DNA from: Nemertoderma westbladi | Taxonomy: Eukaryota > Animalia > Xenacoelomorpha | Assembly: GCA_032718475.1 (NCBI GenBank) | Contig: JAUCBJ010005607.1 | Location: 17,883 to 81,882 of the forward strand | Direction of reading: 5' to 3' | Length of the DNA: 64,000 nt | Shown: one piece after another, positions 25,336 through 37,332 of the stretch | How positions within the stretch are numbered: the stretch's first letter is position 1 | Layout of the letters: the number at the start of each line of letters is the position of its first letter | Notes under the pieces: generated by a model | Told to the model about the DNA's origin: nothing | The model's database searches: none | Seen by the model: the letters and a program-made list of their open reading frames with translations, nothing else | Position numbers and translations under genes: made by a program

Positions 25336-25842
25336 GGCAGTTCCCTGAGTGCCCGTGGTAAAAGACTTAAGACCATTTTGAAATAATTAATTCATGTTTG
25401 TATCATCAGATAATAAATTGACTAAGCCTAAAGTAGGAGCTGTATTGAATGTTAACCAATTTAATATATAAATTACTACAATATTATATAATTCAACAAA
25501 ATCCTATTAAAAATATTGCAAGTAACCAGGAAATTTAATATGTAGTGTGTATAATATCTCTATAGTATGTATAGTAATATGTATATCAATATGTAATGCT
25601 GAACACAGAATACAGGTCGACGCATGTCGATTTTACCCTGGAGAGGAAAGTTTTGATTGCAACAATAATATTCATCCCCATCTGCTACAATTTGAAGAAG
25701 ACTATCACATAATAATACCTATAATTAAAACAATTAATTATTTATTATAATTCTATAGTTAATAAAAACAGTATATCATTCGGGGGATGGAATTTATAGG
25801 TAATCTAATTAATTGTTTAAAGATTAGCAAACAATAGTAGAC

Positions 25843-27255
25843 ATGTACCAAACAACAAGAGTCCCACAAGAAATGAAAACAAATAAGTTGGTGCCAGTTC
25901 CCAAGAAGGGCAACCTAACACTCTATGGTTCTTTTCGGGGAATCTCATTGATCTCGATTGCTGCAAAGCTATACAATAGGATTCTATTAAATCGCATCAG
26001 GGATCCCATTGAGAGACTGCTCCGTGGAAATCAGAATGGGTTCCGTAAAGGTCGTGGGACCATGGAGCCCATTTTGGCACTTAGAAGGATAATTGAAGAA
26101 TTATCAAAAAAGAAAGACAGGCATCTGGCTGTTATCTTTGTTGACTTCTTCAAGGCCTTTGATTCAGTCTCTCGTTCACGTATGTTCAGCATACTTTCAT
26201 TATATGGGATTCCTGATGAAATTATTGCAGCAATCAGATCAGTATACGATGGTTCGACAACATTTGTGTCTACTGTTGACGGTGACACAGAACCATTTGA
26301 AGTGTTATGGGGCGTCCTCCAAGGAGACACACTTGCACCATTCTTGTTCATTATTGTGGTTGACTATGTTCTACGCATGTCCTTAGATCATCATAATGAT
26401 GATGGGGTGATGATAACTCCACCTACTGGCTCCAGAAGTCGAGGAAATCCTGCCAAGTACCTAACTGATCTAGACTTTGCTGATGACTTAGGAGTACTCT
26501 CAGAATCATTAGAGGGAGCCCAACGGCTCCTCAGCTCATTAGAACATGCTGCTTCTAGTGTTGGTCTTTTTATTAACTCCAGAAAGACCAAAATTCTGAC
26601 CGTTAACTTTGAAAGTCCTCAGCAAGTCTCTGATCGGATGAGCATAAGCTCAAAGGATGGTATGCTTGAGCATGTGGACGACTTCTGTTACCTGGGATCA
26701 TGGATCCGGAAGTCAGGTGAGGACCTTCGAATACGTAAGGGAAAGGCATGGGCAGCCTTGAATAGGCTTTCCAGGATTTGGAAGTCACCGAGAATTAATC
26801 GGAAACTTAAGGTCCGATTATTTAGAGCAGCAGTAGTTCCAGTACTCCTCTATGGGAGTCCATGCTGGGCTCTAACTGCTGAGGACACCAAATCTCTGGA
26901 TGGCACATTCACAAGAATGCTACGCCGGGTTCATTGTGTCAAGTACAATGCACACATCTCCAACCAGACACTATATAACATTGGAGGTGTCTCATTGGTT
27001 CCCCCAAGCTTGACACTAGAACAAAACCGCCTCCGCTTTGCAGGACATTGCTTTCGCCGTGAGGACCAGCCAGTGCATAATCTTGTACTTTGGCAGCCTC
27101 ATGGAGTGAAAAAGCATGGTGGACAGCCCATGACTTTCTTGAGACGCATCTTAAAGGACACTGGCCTTAAAGATGCGGATGATCTAGCAAATGTCATGGG
27201 TGATAGGGAGTTGTGGCGGTGCAATTTTGTTGACAAGCCGGCACAGCATTCTTAA
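25843..27255 (+). CDS. RTE-clade LINE reverse transcriptase, 5'-truncated copy
   Basis: RGISL, QNGFR, DFFKAFDSV, GVLQGDTLAPFLF, DFADD, FCYLGS, RLRFAGHC motifs; (TAG)n tail at about 27285-27300. Confidence 0.9.
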   Translation: MYQTTRVPQEMKTNKLVPVPKKGNLTLYGSFRGISLISIAAKLYNRILLNRIRDPIERLLRGNQNGFRKGRGTMEPILALRRIIEELSKKKDRHLAVIFVDFFKAFDSVSRSRMFSILSLYGIPDEIIAAIRSVYDGSTTFVSTVDGDTEPFEVLWGVLQGDTLAPFLFIIVVDYVLRMSLDHHNDDGVMITPPTGSRSRGNPAKYLTDLDFADDLGVLSESLEGAQRLLSSLEHAASSVGLFINSRKTKILTVNFESPQQVSDRMSISSKDGMLEHVDDFCYLGSWIRKSGEDLRIRKGKAWAALNRLSRIWKSPRINRKLKVRLFRAAVVPVLLYGSPCWALTAEDTKSLDGTFTRMLRRVHCVKYNAHISNQTLYNIGGVSLVPPSLTLEQNRLRFAGHCFRREDQPVHNLVLWQPHGVKKHGGQPMTFLRRILKDTGLKDADDLANVMGDRELWRCNFVDKPAQHS

Positions 27256-27878
27256 AAATGCAGCTGCAATGCAGCATGCCGATCCTAGTAGTAGTAGTAG
27301 CAAACAATACGATGTAATTGCATTGATAAAACTCATAAATAAAACTTGGATATAAAATGAAAAATCGGGATGCAAAAGATCACTTTCTTAGCTACGAAAG
27401 GAAAATTGGATACAACTTATCCGGATACAAGCGTTCCGGTTACCTTACAAATTGAAAAATAAGAATGTGCGAAGTTAAGAACAGTCGGGGGGGAAGTGTC
27501 TGGGGGGGAAGTGTCCGGGGGGAGTGTCCTACTTGAGCGGGGGGGGGGGAACTGTCCAGGGGGGAAGTGTCCGGGGGGGGGGGAAGTGTCCAAACACCCT
27601 GGCCAATGAATGCACATTAATCAGATGGTAACCTGCCCCACCATTGGCTAATCTCTTTCTCCCCGCTGGCAATCCCTAATCTCTGTGCTAGCTTTCTTTC
27701 TCCCCCGAGATGGCTTGTAACCTGTCATCTCTCCCTAACTAACCAATTGGCAATATAAGTTGCCCTGTGCGTTGGTAGGTGACATTATATTGGTAATGTC
27801 ACCTAGCCAACTATAATTGGTAAATCGCCAGTTTCCCCATTTTCCGCTGGGTGGTGCTGCGAATTTTATCCGCTAACA

Positions 27879-30690
27879 CTCCCCCCTCCATGCTATCTTC
27901 CCAGTGAGAAGATAGCATCAACCTCAAGTGCGCTCCGATTCCGCTGGAATCCAATCTAACATTGGATGTGGGGTGGAATTATTTTCTTGGGGCCTGCTTT
28001 CCAGACTGGCCCCTCTGGGTCTGTTCTCACTACCCATCCTTGGTACATCTGCGAGCTAAGCTGTACCAAGGCATCTGGCGTCTCAATTTTCTCAAAATCA
28101 CTCAATTTTCTCCCCATACACCATCGTCCAACCTGCTCACCTCCTCCTCACCTTAGTCCCATAGGATTCATCCTCCACTCTGCTCGCCCCCCCCCCCCCC
28201 CCCCCACATGGATCACGCACCTCTTACCTTTCCCCCAAATTCTAGCACCTCCTCCCCATGCTCCTCTCATACTTAACCCTGTTTCATTCCCACTCTCTGC
28301 ACTCCCGTCAGGTCTCACACAACCCTTCATATGCGCACTGTATGTATGGTAAGTGAGCCCTTTGTCTCGTCCACGTGTTTCAGTGAATTAGTCTGTAATA
28401 ATTTGTCCGTTAACCCTTAATCATGACTCTATCTAGACTATACATGGTCCCATTGACCCGGCTTTAGTATTGGTCTCATTGACCCAGCATAAGTATTGGT
28501 CCCATTGACCCGGCGTAAGTATTGGTCTCATTGACCCGGTGTAATTATGTAATTATGTAATTATTTATTTTATTATTTTTATTTATTTTTGTGGGAAGGG
28601 TGTATCGCCCTCATTCCCACCCCCTCAGTCCAACTTATTGGACAACTCATCAACCTAAGGGCGATTCTTCCAGCAGGTAACTCTCCCACTGCCCCCCTGT
28701 AGGTCCTCTTATTCTTCACTCCACTCTCCTTGTCAATCCTAACTCCCTCAGATCTGACCTTCCCTTCTCTTCCACCCTAAGATTGGATCTTTCCGTCCCC
28801 TCACAGAACTCCTTATCGTCCCCTGGTGGAAAAATGCCACCCTTCATCTCATCCTCACTGGTATATGCCACCTCAGCTGGCCTCCCCCTCAATATGTGCA
28901 CTGGCGTTAAAGCCCCCGATGACCCTTGGTCATCATTCGGTACGCAAAATGGTTTAACTTTTAATGCCCCCTCGCACTCTGCCAACCCCGTGTACAACAC
29001 GTCTCCTCTAATTTCCCCATTCCCTTTGTCACCCTTCGTCATCGGCTCCTCTCCCTTTGGATTAAACTTCTTACATCCTCTCCCTTTCCACATTGTCTTC
29101 TTATTTGATACCAGGGGTATCTGTATACTCCTTATTTTGATCGGTGTCTCTTCAGTATATCTCTCCGGATATTTCGCCGTCCAATCTTCCCCATCCTTGT
29201 ACTGGACCTGCGTCTCTTCCGGACATCTCTCCGGATATCTTCCACTCTTCCATCCGCTCTTCCACATCCTTATACTGATACTTCCCAGGAACATCTGTGT
29301 TCCATCCCATCGCCTCTAGGTCCTCTGGGTTGAACCCATTATCTTCTGCCCACTGCCTTGCTGTTGCTTCTTGTCCCGACTCCTGATATCCTTCCCCGGG
29401 CCGCTTCTCATATGGCATCTCTATATCGCCCGTCTTCGACTCCGGCTCTACTTCCCCAATGGTACCAGATAGCATGTATCCAGATGTTTTGGGTGTGTTG
29501 AATGGGATTTGGTTTTTATTGGACCGCTGAGTGTCCATTCGAATGGCATCAGGATAGCCCCGGGTCTCGCTCCTTGTTATCGCCGAAGATGGCTCATAGC
29601 CTCTCATGAGCCGTCTGAGAGTTCATGCCGACAATGAGAGACACTTTCAGGATGTCCAATTTCGGTGTTGAAAAATTGATGTCATCCAAGTACCGATACT
29701 GTTCGGTTTCGATTATTGTCGGCCACCTGGCGTTAATATTAATAGATTTCTTTATCTGGATGGGCTCGATCGTAGCCCCGTAATTACATTCCGGTGTAAT
29801 CGCCGCTATCTGACATCGTCCTGTTCTCATCTTCATGACCTCGTCCTTGCTGGAAATGGTGGTCACGGCCATCTTGCTCAGCCTAGTCTTCATCCCCAAT
29901 CTCTCGGCTACCCATTTTTCCGTTATCGTAAATGCTGCCCCACTGTTAATCAACATCAGTGTAGATACCGATTGCCTGTACTCTCCCTTTATCCTTACTG
30001 GCACCACTCCCAGTAACACTGTTCCACGCTTCTTAAATCTTCCAGTTGTACTTGGCGCCATTGTTTGGCCTCCAGTCTCGTTGGTCTCAGCGTATCTCGG
30101 TGGATGTTCTCGACACCTATCCTTCCTATGTCCTCCCACCGCACATCTGTGACATAATCCAAATCTCCCTGTATAAGCTAATCGATCTTCTTTCAGCAAT
30201 GCCTGCCACTGGTTGCAATCAATGGTCTTATACATCCTATTTCTATCTAGCTGACACCTGTAGTTTGGATTATAACGCTCTATGTATAGCGTCTCGCATA
30301 TTTCGTCCAGGTCCAACTCAGATGGTTTATTGTTTTGGTTGCATATACCCGTATCAGGGGTGTTCTGATGTTCTGTGGACTAGTACTCCCTTCAATGGTT
30401 GCATATGGCAACGATTGCCTCACTCTCGGAAGTGCATCTGCAGCACTGTGTTCCGCTTGAGGTCGGCTGTATTCCACTTTCGGTACCTTACCAAGACTCT
30501 CCTCACTGTACACTGGATCCGTTATCAACTCAGCTTCGTAGATAAGGAAGTTCGACATCTCTTCCAACCCCGGCTCCGCACCCTTCTTCTCTCGGGTGGA
30601 GAAAGTGATCTTTCTCCATTTATTCCTCAACCATATCGGTAGTGCCTGCACTATGCTCGTGATGTTACTTGAAGCATTAAGTTCGTATGG
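27879..30690 (-). mobile_element. BEL element 2: internally deleted and degenerate (gag-protease fragment and eroded integrase tail)
   Basis: PYELNASSNIT...ITDPVYSE and GTVLLGVVPV...LINSGAAFT align with the 1795-aa ORF. LAECEG...LTPVHIL resembles the integrase tail. 3' UTR and PPT are shared with the other two copies. Confidence 0.85.
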
Positions 30691-31597
30691 TGTTAGCGCA
30701 TTTGATAAAAAAGATGTTCTTTCAATCTCAATTTCATATATTGTGACTCCTTGCTGATTATGCTGAAAACACATGCAGTTAAGATCTAACTTTTCGGTCT
30801 GATACAATGAACGGAATGGCGCTAGTATACCTTCAATAAAGGGCCGCACACTATTTGGAGAATACTGATAAATAATCGTAAACCCCTCAACTTTCTTAAT
30901 TACTGAGGTAAGCAGAAGGGTGTACCAGTAGCAATTGCGACTCAAATTTATAGTTGTTTTTGTGTGAAATAAATGCTATTTCATAATCCCTACGTATGTC
31001 AGTTGCAATCCTCCTTATATATGATCAAATTCAGTGACAGTCGGCAAATCAGTGTGCATTAGTGTGAATTAGTGTGAAGATGTGTGAAGGTTAATAAAGC
31101 ATTCCTAAAGAATGCACCATTTGTGATACCTTATAGCCTCTAATTGTGATTAGTGTAAGTCATAAATCTGTTTGATACTTAAAGCGCCACGTCCCAAAGG
31201 AACTGTTAATATTTCCCCGAAAGTAAATATAGTTGTCGGAGATTATATAGTAGCGATCTATCGAATAATACAAAGTAGCCTACTGCAATAACTTTCTCTA
31301 GAACCAAATCCAGTCTCCCATACCGTGGGTCATACGCCGCGCATATGGTTTCAACTGATGTCAATTAGCAAGGGCAATAGTCTATTTAAGGATACACTTA
31401 AATTAGCAGGTTAAACTGTTAAAGGTCTAAAAGCGTGAACATTAATAGATTTTTTCTTTTATTGCTCAGTAGGCAATAAACCCTAACGTACCGGTCGGAC
31501 GGTAAACTGTAGGCTTAGTTGACCCGAACCGGTACTTTACAGCAGTATTACTTCGATTGTGAAATATTGTATATTGTAGGCTGTTAGAGGATTAGGG

Positions 31598-32072
31598 AGT
31601 AGTATGATAAACAACTTAAATAAAACAGCGTCTGCCATAGTCTACCATGTTAAAGAATTTCCCGAACGGCTCTTGCCGCACCTACTTACTATGATTACCA
31701 TTGTGTCACCCCACCCACTTACTATGGTTACCATTGCGCATATGTAAAATATGTCACCACTGTTTATATGTGACATATGTGGTATAAGGCCAGTCCGCAG
31801 ACGGAAGTAATTTAATTAATTCGTGTCTACCAGTTGGCGTTTGACCTTGAACCGCAATAGGTAAAACCCAATATAGTAAGTGGGTTGCAGACGTTTGTTA
31901 TATAGTCTTTAACAAGATTTCGTGATTTGATGAAAAAATGGGGCGAGCCATGAAGCGAGTGAAGCCTTAGCATATGGGTTAAGGTTATAGTATTTATAAT
32001 ATTATTTTCAATTTGATTATTCTACCTATGGGGCGAGCCATGAAGTGAGTGATAGCATCGAAGTAAGGTTAT
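31598..32072 (+). repeat. Left terminal inverted repeat of the Polinton
   Basis: Reverse complement of 51171-51644. Subterminal ggggcgagccatgaagtgagtga repeats continue to about 32500. Confidence 0.93.
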
Positions 32073-32567
32073 GACACAACAACTAAAAAAGGTAAATTTC
32101 TACCTATGGGGCAAGCCATGAAGTGAGTGATAGCATCGAAGTAAGGTTATTGAATTCAACTAATGGCAGCCACCAATATTACAATTCTACAGTTATTGCT
32201 AAGCCACTAGTTGTGGGACGAGCCGTGAAGTGAGTATAAAGTTATAGTATTTATAATATTATTTTATTATGATTATTCTACTTATATGCGGAGGGGTGAG
32301 CCATGAAGTGTGTGAAAGCATATAGGCGCTATCGGTGAGTTGTCTTATCGCCGTCCAGCGCCAACATAAATTTTAATTGCTAATAACTCGGTTATACAGT
32401 GATTTGATGAAAAAATAGGACGAGCCATGAATCGAACGAAGCCTTAGAATATGGGTACCCGCGCAGCGCGGAGTGAGCAAAGCCTTTAGCGTGTGGGTAC
32501 TATTGTTGAATTTTGGTAATTATTTATTGTTATTATATTAATTGTTGAAATTAAATTATTACTTACA

Positions 32568-33035
32568 TTAATGTTGGGTGGGAGGCTGCGTTCTTGTTTG
32601 CCCTATCACTCTTGGGGGGCAGGCGCAAGTCGGGCGGACTCCCCCACCAACAATTCTCCCAGGCTCCGCAGGGACTACCCCTTCTTGCGGCGGATCCGGG
32701 GGGAACCACGGCGATAAACCACGACCTCGCCCTCGGGGACGCCTATTCGGAAATACCATGGCAATAGGCCTAAGAGGCCTACCAATCGCCAGATAAAAAT
32801 TGATAGGCCTATACAACGTTGCCATTGGTGTATTAGGCCTTCTAAGGGGTTCAATGGTACCCCCGCGAGTCCCCCCGCCGAAAGTTTGGGGCACCCTACC
32901 GGAAACAGGTACTTGTTGGATGGGGTCTTCTGCTTCCGGATTCGGGTTTGCGTCGCTACGTAGTTCTTGCTGCCGTCTCACCCACAATAATGTTGCGGCA
33001 ATCTCCGAGGTTGATTTATCACCGCCTGCAGCCAT
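32568..33035 (-). CDS. Polinton accessory Pro/Arg/Gly-rich protein, unknown function
   Basis: GC-richer 155-aa ORF flanked by AT-rich spacers, next to the TIR; no recognised motif. Confidence 0.5.
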   Translation of the reverse strand: MAAGGDKSTSEIAATLLWVRRQQELRSDANPNPEAEDPIQQVPVSGRVPQTFGGGTRGGTIEPLRRPNTPMATLYRPINFYLAIGRPLRPIAMVFPNRRPRGRGRGLSPWFPPDPPQEGVVPAEPGRIVGGGVRPTCACPPRVIGQTRTQPPTQH

Positions 33036-34774
33036 TATGTCGATATGTTTTAGTTGTTTATTTAATTATTGACTTACAAAATATAAGTTTTACAAACAAT
33101 AATGTGAAATCTAACTTAATATAAAACTATTGAATTAATATTCAAACTACTAAATATAAAAAGCACATTGAGTTTTAGTTTATTTAGATAGTTTATAATT
33201 TAACAGTGATATCGGTATCGCTATTCCCGATGTTAATATAGTAAACTATTATACTATTATAACAGAACGAGAGAAAGCCGCCCCAATATTAGATTATAAC
33301 AACAACATATCCATTGGGTAAGAAAGTGGAGAAGAGCCAGGCACGACTCTCAATTTTTTCGTTTATATTATGCGATCAATTTTCACTCATCTCGTCATGA
33401 ACACAACATGTATGTAAACTTTTGATAAATTTGTTGGCTATGCGTTTGCGGCTGTTTGGGCGGGGTGTGGTAGGCCTACACTTTTCACACTGAAACATTT
33501 TGGTTGTGAAATGTTTATGGCACAGCGATCAGAGATATTTTATATATATTTTATTATGAGAGGAAGAAGAACATACAACGTTATTTACTATATTATATGT
33601 AACAAAATAATTGTTTTCGGGTTTGGAAGCCTCCCCAAAGAGTTGATATACGATTATATTTAAAAATATTTCCATGGTCATGGTCATTCACCCGTCTTTA
33701 ATTAGAAATTTGTTTGCATGAAAGACAGTTTAGTTTGGTTTTTACTGATTATTATCTCTTATCTGACTGGGGTAATAATAAAGGATAGGATAAATGGATG
33801 CAAAGTGTGACAGTAACAATTATTTCCCAGTCACCCTAGCATGTCTTAAGTATATGATATCTCAAAGGGGAAGTTTGGATTCACTGCATAAATGCAGTTC
33901 CCCAAACTTCCCCCGAATGCACACTGTAACTTCCACCTTCCCACAAATATCCACTGTTGAATTAATTTGAAGCCATGTAATAAGTACAAAATTGTGCGAG
34001 TTTTTAATTGTGTGGTCCAATTGTTATTTGATTTCTATTTATTATTTAAAGTGCATTTAATATCACACTGGTTTTTAGAATATTATACTATACAACTTTA
34101 TGTTTTATTAATTTACCCAATCGAAGCCTCATAAGGGCCGGTTATTTGTACACATATCCCCTAATGCGCTCACTCAGTAAGGTTCAAACAACATATTAAT
34201 ATGAAAATAAAGTATCTGCAAAGAAAAGAACCCAATACTATATAATTTGACCTTATTAAAAAATTTGCACTTTTGCACACTTATTTGTACAAGTGCACTT
34301 TAGCAGATCGTAATGGTGGCTCTTATTTAACAAACTATGTTTATCCTCTACCGATCTACGATGGTGTATGATCAAGTGTCAGTCACTAAAAGTGTCAAAA
34401 ATCCAATTTAATAAATCGCGACATTTGCGATTTTGGACCATATTCATGGACATTTTAAGTCACTTTATAGACATAAAAAGTTAAACAAATGTTACGATTA
34501 TAGTTAGAAATCATTCCAAACTACATTTTAATCCCAAAAATAACATTCTACGATGAATAGAACTGGAAATAATAGTGTTTGAACTATCGAAAAAATGTTC
34601 ACTATTTAAGTACATTTTGCACTTAGTACACATAAGTATTTTCCCAAGTTTTATCCTATTTCACACACTACAATCTATCCTCTATGCAATGAAAAATGTT
34701 TCAGATTAAACGGCCCTGTAGAACCGAAGTTATTGATGTTTAAAAATAATCACTCGAAAATTTCAAATTCTCTT

Positions 34775-34848
34775 GGTCATATAGTCTAGTGGTTATCAAT
34801 CACGTTAATGAAACCGAAGTTCGCGGATTCGAAATCCAATATTGACCA
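34775..34848 (+). pseudogene. tRNA-derived sequence (Pol III A/B boxes)
   Basis: A-box TAGTCTAGTGG, B-box-like GGATTCGAAATCC, pairing ends GGTCA...TGACC, T-run downstream. The anticodon arm does not pair. Confidence 0.4.
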
Positions 34849-36797
34849 TTCTTATTTTTTTGCAAAAAAAAATATTTTTATTTTTTCACTAAAATCGCTC
34901 TAACTTCGGTTCTGGTGGTCCAAATTCAATAAAATTGGTATATTCTTTGCCGTAATTTTTTTCTTAATCTTTTGAGAAGGGGTTATTTTTGGCCCCAAAA
35001 AAATTAAAAAAAAGGGCCAAAATAACGCGATATTTTTCGACCCTTAAAATTCGTAATTTTAATTATATATGTTAAGATAAAAGATAGCGGAGTTAATTTG
35101 ATACTTTTTACAGGTACTTTTGGCGCAATACGCTAAATTATAATGGAATAGCGATTTGTTAAAAAAAAAAATGTTTCGTCCCTTTTTATAAATATTATAT
35201 TTCACACGATCGCCTGCCGCTCCAGTTTTATAATACCTCCGGCGCTGTGATTAACGCTGTTAGATAGATAATTTAACGCACTATAAGTCTGCGTAAACAA
35301 ATCTCCCGTAAGTTAAGTAGTTTTCGAGCTAGACGATTTCCCGCGAAGCAAGTTTGAAGCGCGAAATTATAATTTTGGCCCTCATTTTTTTAATATCATC
35401 CTTGGAGCAAAACCGATAGCATATTTGAATTCCCCGTATGGATATTGACTGTATAGAATGTACCTTAACCAACTAAAGTTAAAAATAAAAAATTATTCGA
35501 TAAAAACTACTTTACAAATTCTGGCCCTATTTGGCCCCTATTGCCGACATATTTTTTGTACCCCCATTCGATAGGAACGTAGCCCCAATGGTCTTCTACG
35601 AGTTTCATAAAAGAATTAGTGGATTCCTACCCGCGTTGTCGAATTAAACATTTCGGAAATAAGTTTTCCAAAAAAGACGGACAAAAACGTACAAATTTAC
35701 AGCCCCTTTTTCCACCCGAAATTTTAATAAATATCTTACCCCCATTCGATACGAAGGTAGTACCACTCTTCCCCTTTCCAACCGCGTTACTTTCGTCCCC
35801 GTACGATTAATATTAGCCGAGTTATAGCGGATCCCGCAAAGTCATTTTGTCCGTTTTTTCAACTTTGACGGACATTTTCGGAAAAAAGGCGTAGTAATCT
35901 TTTTTGAAAAAAAAACGAATTCACTAATTAATCCCTTCTATCGTATCCTGGCGTCGGCTAAGCAATAACCTAGGGTTTTTTCGAGCCACTGTAGAGCACC
36001 TTTCAAAAAAATTTTAAAATTGTCGAAAAAATGACGGATTTTTGTCCGCCGTGTCCGTCGAAGGGTTAGATTTAATAATGTTAGAGTTGCTAATATCTTA
36101 GAATTCCGAGCCGCTCCCCTGGTGAGAAAATAAAAAAATTTGGTGTGTTCCTTCAACGAAAAGTCCCCCAGAATCCCAAGTTAACCTATATAGTTAGCGA
36201 TTGCCTGCGGCTTTAGGAGTGGCCGCGGTATTCACCTCCCTCATAGCGGCCGCGGCGGTGTTGCGTCAAATGGAGAAATATTTATCCCACCTAGCTAATT
36301 TGGTAAGGCTAATTATCTATGCTTCGTATATGGCTTATTTCTTCTTTTGTGAAACCGGTCACATATGCGAGTAAATTGAACCCAGACCTTTGATTGTCGT
36401 TAGAGCGTTTAATTATTGTCTAATGCGCGTAGCATGGATAGAGATTCTGGCCTTTGTGTTAACCACATAGGTTGGGCGGCAGATGCTTGGTATATAATGG
36501 AAAGAGTTGGACCCCAATATGGCTATGTCCAATTATTATTCCAGTTTTACTGGCGCCCACGCGCTAAAGACTTCACCTCACAAGGTTTCAGTGATTGACG
36601 ATGAAAATTATTAAAAAAATTAAAAAACGAATAGTGCCGCGTGAAGACCCCACCCACGTCACTTACCACGTCCCATATATTTATTAAAAATATTGCTATT
36701 ACTATATACCCAAGAAATAAATATTTATTATTAATATTAATGCTAATAATATTTTCACACACCGCAATTGAATATACCCATAACCGAAATAAATAAA

Positions 36798-37238
36798 TTA
36801 TTTTATTAATGAAAGTGTCCACAGTAATAACAATAAATCATTGTACCGCAAATTAGAGGTGAATATATTCATTGCTCCGGGATTTTTCGGCACCTCGGTT
36901 AGATAATACAGACAAAATAGACCGCACTGAGTCGAATGTGGCGCTTGAAATATTTTACGATTCCAAGTATGCCTTTGGGTATATTTATGCAACCAATATG
37001 ATATTTTCGGTGGTGGGGCTTTACCAAACGAATCTAAATAATAAGCAATTCTGTTAACCACGCGTACGCAAGACCAGTGTTGCCTCGGTAGGCCTATACG
37101 TTGATTATTAATAATAAATGAATAATTTTGTTTATGCTTATTTTTTTTTGCGTGTATTAGGTGTAATTGGTCGATTGCGTAAACACCGATGTATTCGGGC
37201 CCCACCGGGAATTTCGCTAATTGTATAGAGTCCAACAT
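36798..37238 (-). CDS. Polinton adenain-like cysteine maturation protease
   Basis: QHW (His), YYLDSFG (Asp), Q...CGLFCLYYL (Gln/Cys). Confidence 0.9.
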   Translation of the reverse strand: MLDSIQLAKFPVGPEYIGVYAIDQLHLIHAKKNKHKQNYSFIINNQRIGLPRQHWSCVRVVNRIAYYLDSFGKAPPPKISYWLHKYTQRHTWNRKIFQAPHSTQCGLFCLYYLTEVPKNPGAMNIFTSNLRYNDLLLLLWTLSLIK

Positions 37239-37332
37239 TTTAGCGTGCGCGTATCATTAAAAGTTTAAGATAATTTTTCTAATTCCACAGGCGGTGCGGC
37301 TTCGCTTACTTTGTACTATGCGAGATCTTTAT

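Larger units (their letters stand above)
24435..27598. mobile_element. Mutator/foldback-like non-autonomous DNA transposon with G-rich repeated TIRs
   Basis: 9-bp TSD CTGGCCAAT (24426-24434, 27599-27607). Termini GGATCTAGGACAC / GTGTCCAAACACC. Subterminal ggacacttccccccc arrays at 24442-24992, inverted at 27487-27591. Confidence 0.8.
24125..27878 (-). repeat. 3' LTR of BEL element 2, split by a Mutator-like insertion
   Basis: Flanks 24125-24434 and 27608-27878 resemble LTR1 (acgcgtcgccgcgt, ctacag..tggcc, cccaccattggc, ggtgacattat). Ends ATCCGCTAACA next to the PPT. Outer (left) end is eroded. Confidence 0.7.

Noticed and set aside
24399-25386. Gly/Pro-rich collagen-like ORFs
   Set aside because: They derive from G/C-run subterminal repeats of the Mutator-like element.
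25547-25750. Small ORF with a signal-peptide-like start
   Set aside because: GTG start, AT-rich, inside a transposon, no recognisable family.
30690-31100. N-terminal part of ORF 30280-30945, or a possible hAT transposase scrap (RVAIATGTPF)
   Set aside because: The ORF is a chance fusion across the BEL truncation point, and the transposase similarity is too short to support.
34775-34848. Functional tRNA gene
   Set aside because: D and anticodon arms do not pair properly; kept only as a tRNA-derived sequence.
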